Shown here: one piece after another, positions 63,304-64,000 of the stretch | How the letters are laid out: every line of letters begins with the position of its first letter | Numbering within the stretch: the first letter of the stretch is position 1 | Assembly: GCA_963621825.1 (NCBI GenBank) | Contig: CAVFFP010000005.1 | Location: 7,417-71,416, forward strand | DNA: 64,000 nucleotides | Direction: 5' to 3' | Origin: a bacterium | Lineage (GTDB): Bacteria; Bacillota_I; Bacilli_A; RFN20; CAG-288 | Notes under the pieces: model-generated | The model's input: only the letters and a program-made list of their open reading frames with translations | What the model was told of the DNA's origin: nothing | Database searches by the model: none | Translations under genes and position numbers: made by a program

Positions 63304-64000
63304 ATGACCGATAGCAAAGATTTCCTGATCAACTTCACCGATACTGTGAAAAAGGAGATAGGAAAAAGACCTATCGGTTTTTACCATGCTCTGGATTTGC
63401 TCGTCTATACAGAACCCTATCATTTTGATGAAGAGAAGAACCGATTAGAGGATCTTAAAACAGTTACTGATAAGATTCTCTCCATTCTTTATCATCCTGC
63501 TATCCATGCGACTACAAGTGAGATTGTACAGAGAAGTGAACTATCCGGAAAACTTTCCCACGATTCGTTCTCTGATACGATGCGAGATCCTAGACTTTGG
63601 AAAGAAAAAGGGGATAGCATGGTTCCGGAGTATGTCCATACTGTTGAGACGAGTGATAACATCGATATCTACGAGAATCGATTCCTCTCTCTTCTCATCC
63701 GTGAGCTGGATGAGGATATCTCCTCTACGATTGAGGATATGACTCCGATGGTGGAATCCTTAGGAGAACACTATCAGAGTAATCTCTTCACTTTCGGTAA
63801 GTATTCTCCTCTCCGTGATATGAGAAAGAGATACTATCCTTATTCTTCCTTTGTCCTAAAAGGAAACGGATCAAAGGAAGAACTCTATAGCAAGGCGAAG
63901 AAGTTAAAGAGAAGAATCCGGAATATGATGGGAAGTGAGTTCTACAAAATCACATCCAAGCATCCTATTTCAAAATCAGTCCGTCCTACCAATATCCTGA
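63304..64000 (+). CDS. McrC / DUF2357-like partner protein; only the N-terminal 232 aa are in the window
   Basis: Manual translation gives MTDSKDFLINFTDTVKKEIGKRPIGFYHALDLL...RDPRLWKEKGDSMVPEYVHTVETSDNIDIYENRFLSLLIRELDEDI..., open to the window end. The D-x-x-ENRF(L) motif is typical of McrC/DUF2357 N-terminal regions. The start lies 5 nt after the ATPase stop. Confidence 0.55.
   Translation, partial: MTDSKDFLINFTDTVKKEIGKRPIGFYHALDLLVYTEPYHFDEEKNRLEDLKTVTDKILSILYHPAIHATTSEIVQRSELSGKLSHDSFSDTMRDPRLWKEKGDSMVPEYVHTVETSDNIDIYENRFLSLLIRELDEDISSTIEDMTPMVESLGEHYQSNLFTFGKYSPLRDMRKRYYPYSSFVLKGNGSKEELYSKAKKLKRRIRNMMGSEFYKITSKHPISKSVRPTNIL

Noticed and set aside
1-64000. Possible Mollicutes-type genetic code (UGA read as Trp), given the AT-richness and abundance of lipoproteins.
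   Set aside because: Long family-typical ORFs (GH3, GH78, ABC, ribosomal proteins) are intact under the standard code. They use TGG for conserved Trp, and several genes end at TGA (for example 4904-4906 and 42518-42520).
1-64000. Mobile-element hallmarks (transposase, integrase, tRNA attachment sites, long terminal inverted repeats) around the accessory modules.
   Set aside because: None was found in any frame. The only repeated genes are the AAA/DUF4143 ATPases, which have no known mobility function.

Overview
This is a 64 kb chromosomal window from an AT-rich, low-GC Gram-positive-type bacterium. It uses the standard genetic code. Many ORFs begin with a lipoprotein signal peptide whose lipobox ends in Cys.

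Content in order:
- 1-1.4 kb: small secreted proteins and lipoproteins.
- 1.9-7.1 kb: a purine-riboswitch-led BMP-family nucleoside ABC transporter operon.
- 7.1-9.2 kb: a secreted trypsin-like protease with two paralogous lipoproteins.
- 9.3-11.5, 25.5-26.9 and 38.2-39.6 kb: one decayed and three intact copies of an AAA ATPase with a DUF4143 nuclease-like C-terminus.
- 11.7-15.7 kb: a housekeeping block (maa, tilS, divIC-like, S4-domain gene, rpsI, rplM).
- 16.2-54 kb: a large glycan-utilisation region. It has GH78, two GH3, a GPH symporter, a giant LamG plus GH127-like lipoprotein, a LamG lipoprotein, an SGNH esterase, three GH43, a sugar ABC transporter, two Big_2 lipoproteins, and AraC, TetR and LacI regulators.
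- 54.5-58.3 kb: an XRE-membrane regulator, repeat-rich lipoprotein and small membrane protein operon.
- 58.8 kb to the window end: a five-gene operon.

The most unusual signals:
1. The terminal operon joins two SipW-type secreted paralogs, an enlarged SipW-like signal peptidase, a multi-TM McrB-like AAA+ NTPase and a McrC/DUF2357-like protein.
2. The 485 bp divergent control region in front of it carries a G9 tract inside an 18 bp promoter spacer on one side. On the other side it carries a (TA)8 tract between a -35 and a -10.
3. Every intact AAA/DUF4143 ATPase gene is preceded by three direct repeats spaced 33 bp apart that overlap its promoter. The repeat word differs for each paralog.

No rRNA, tRNA, CRISPR array, transposase or integrase was seen.
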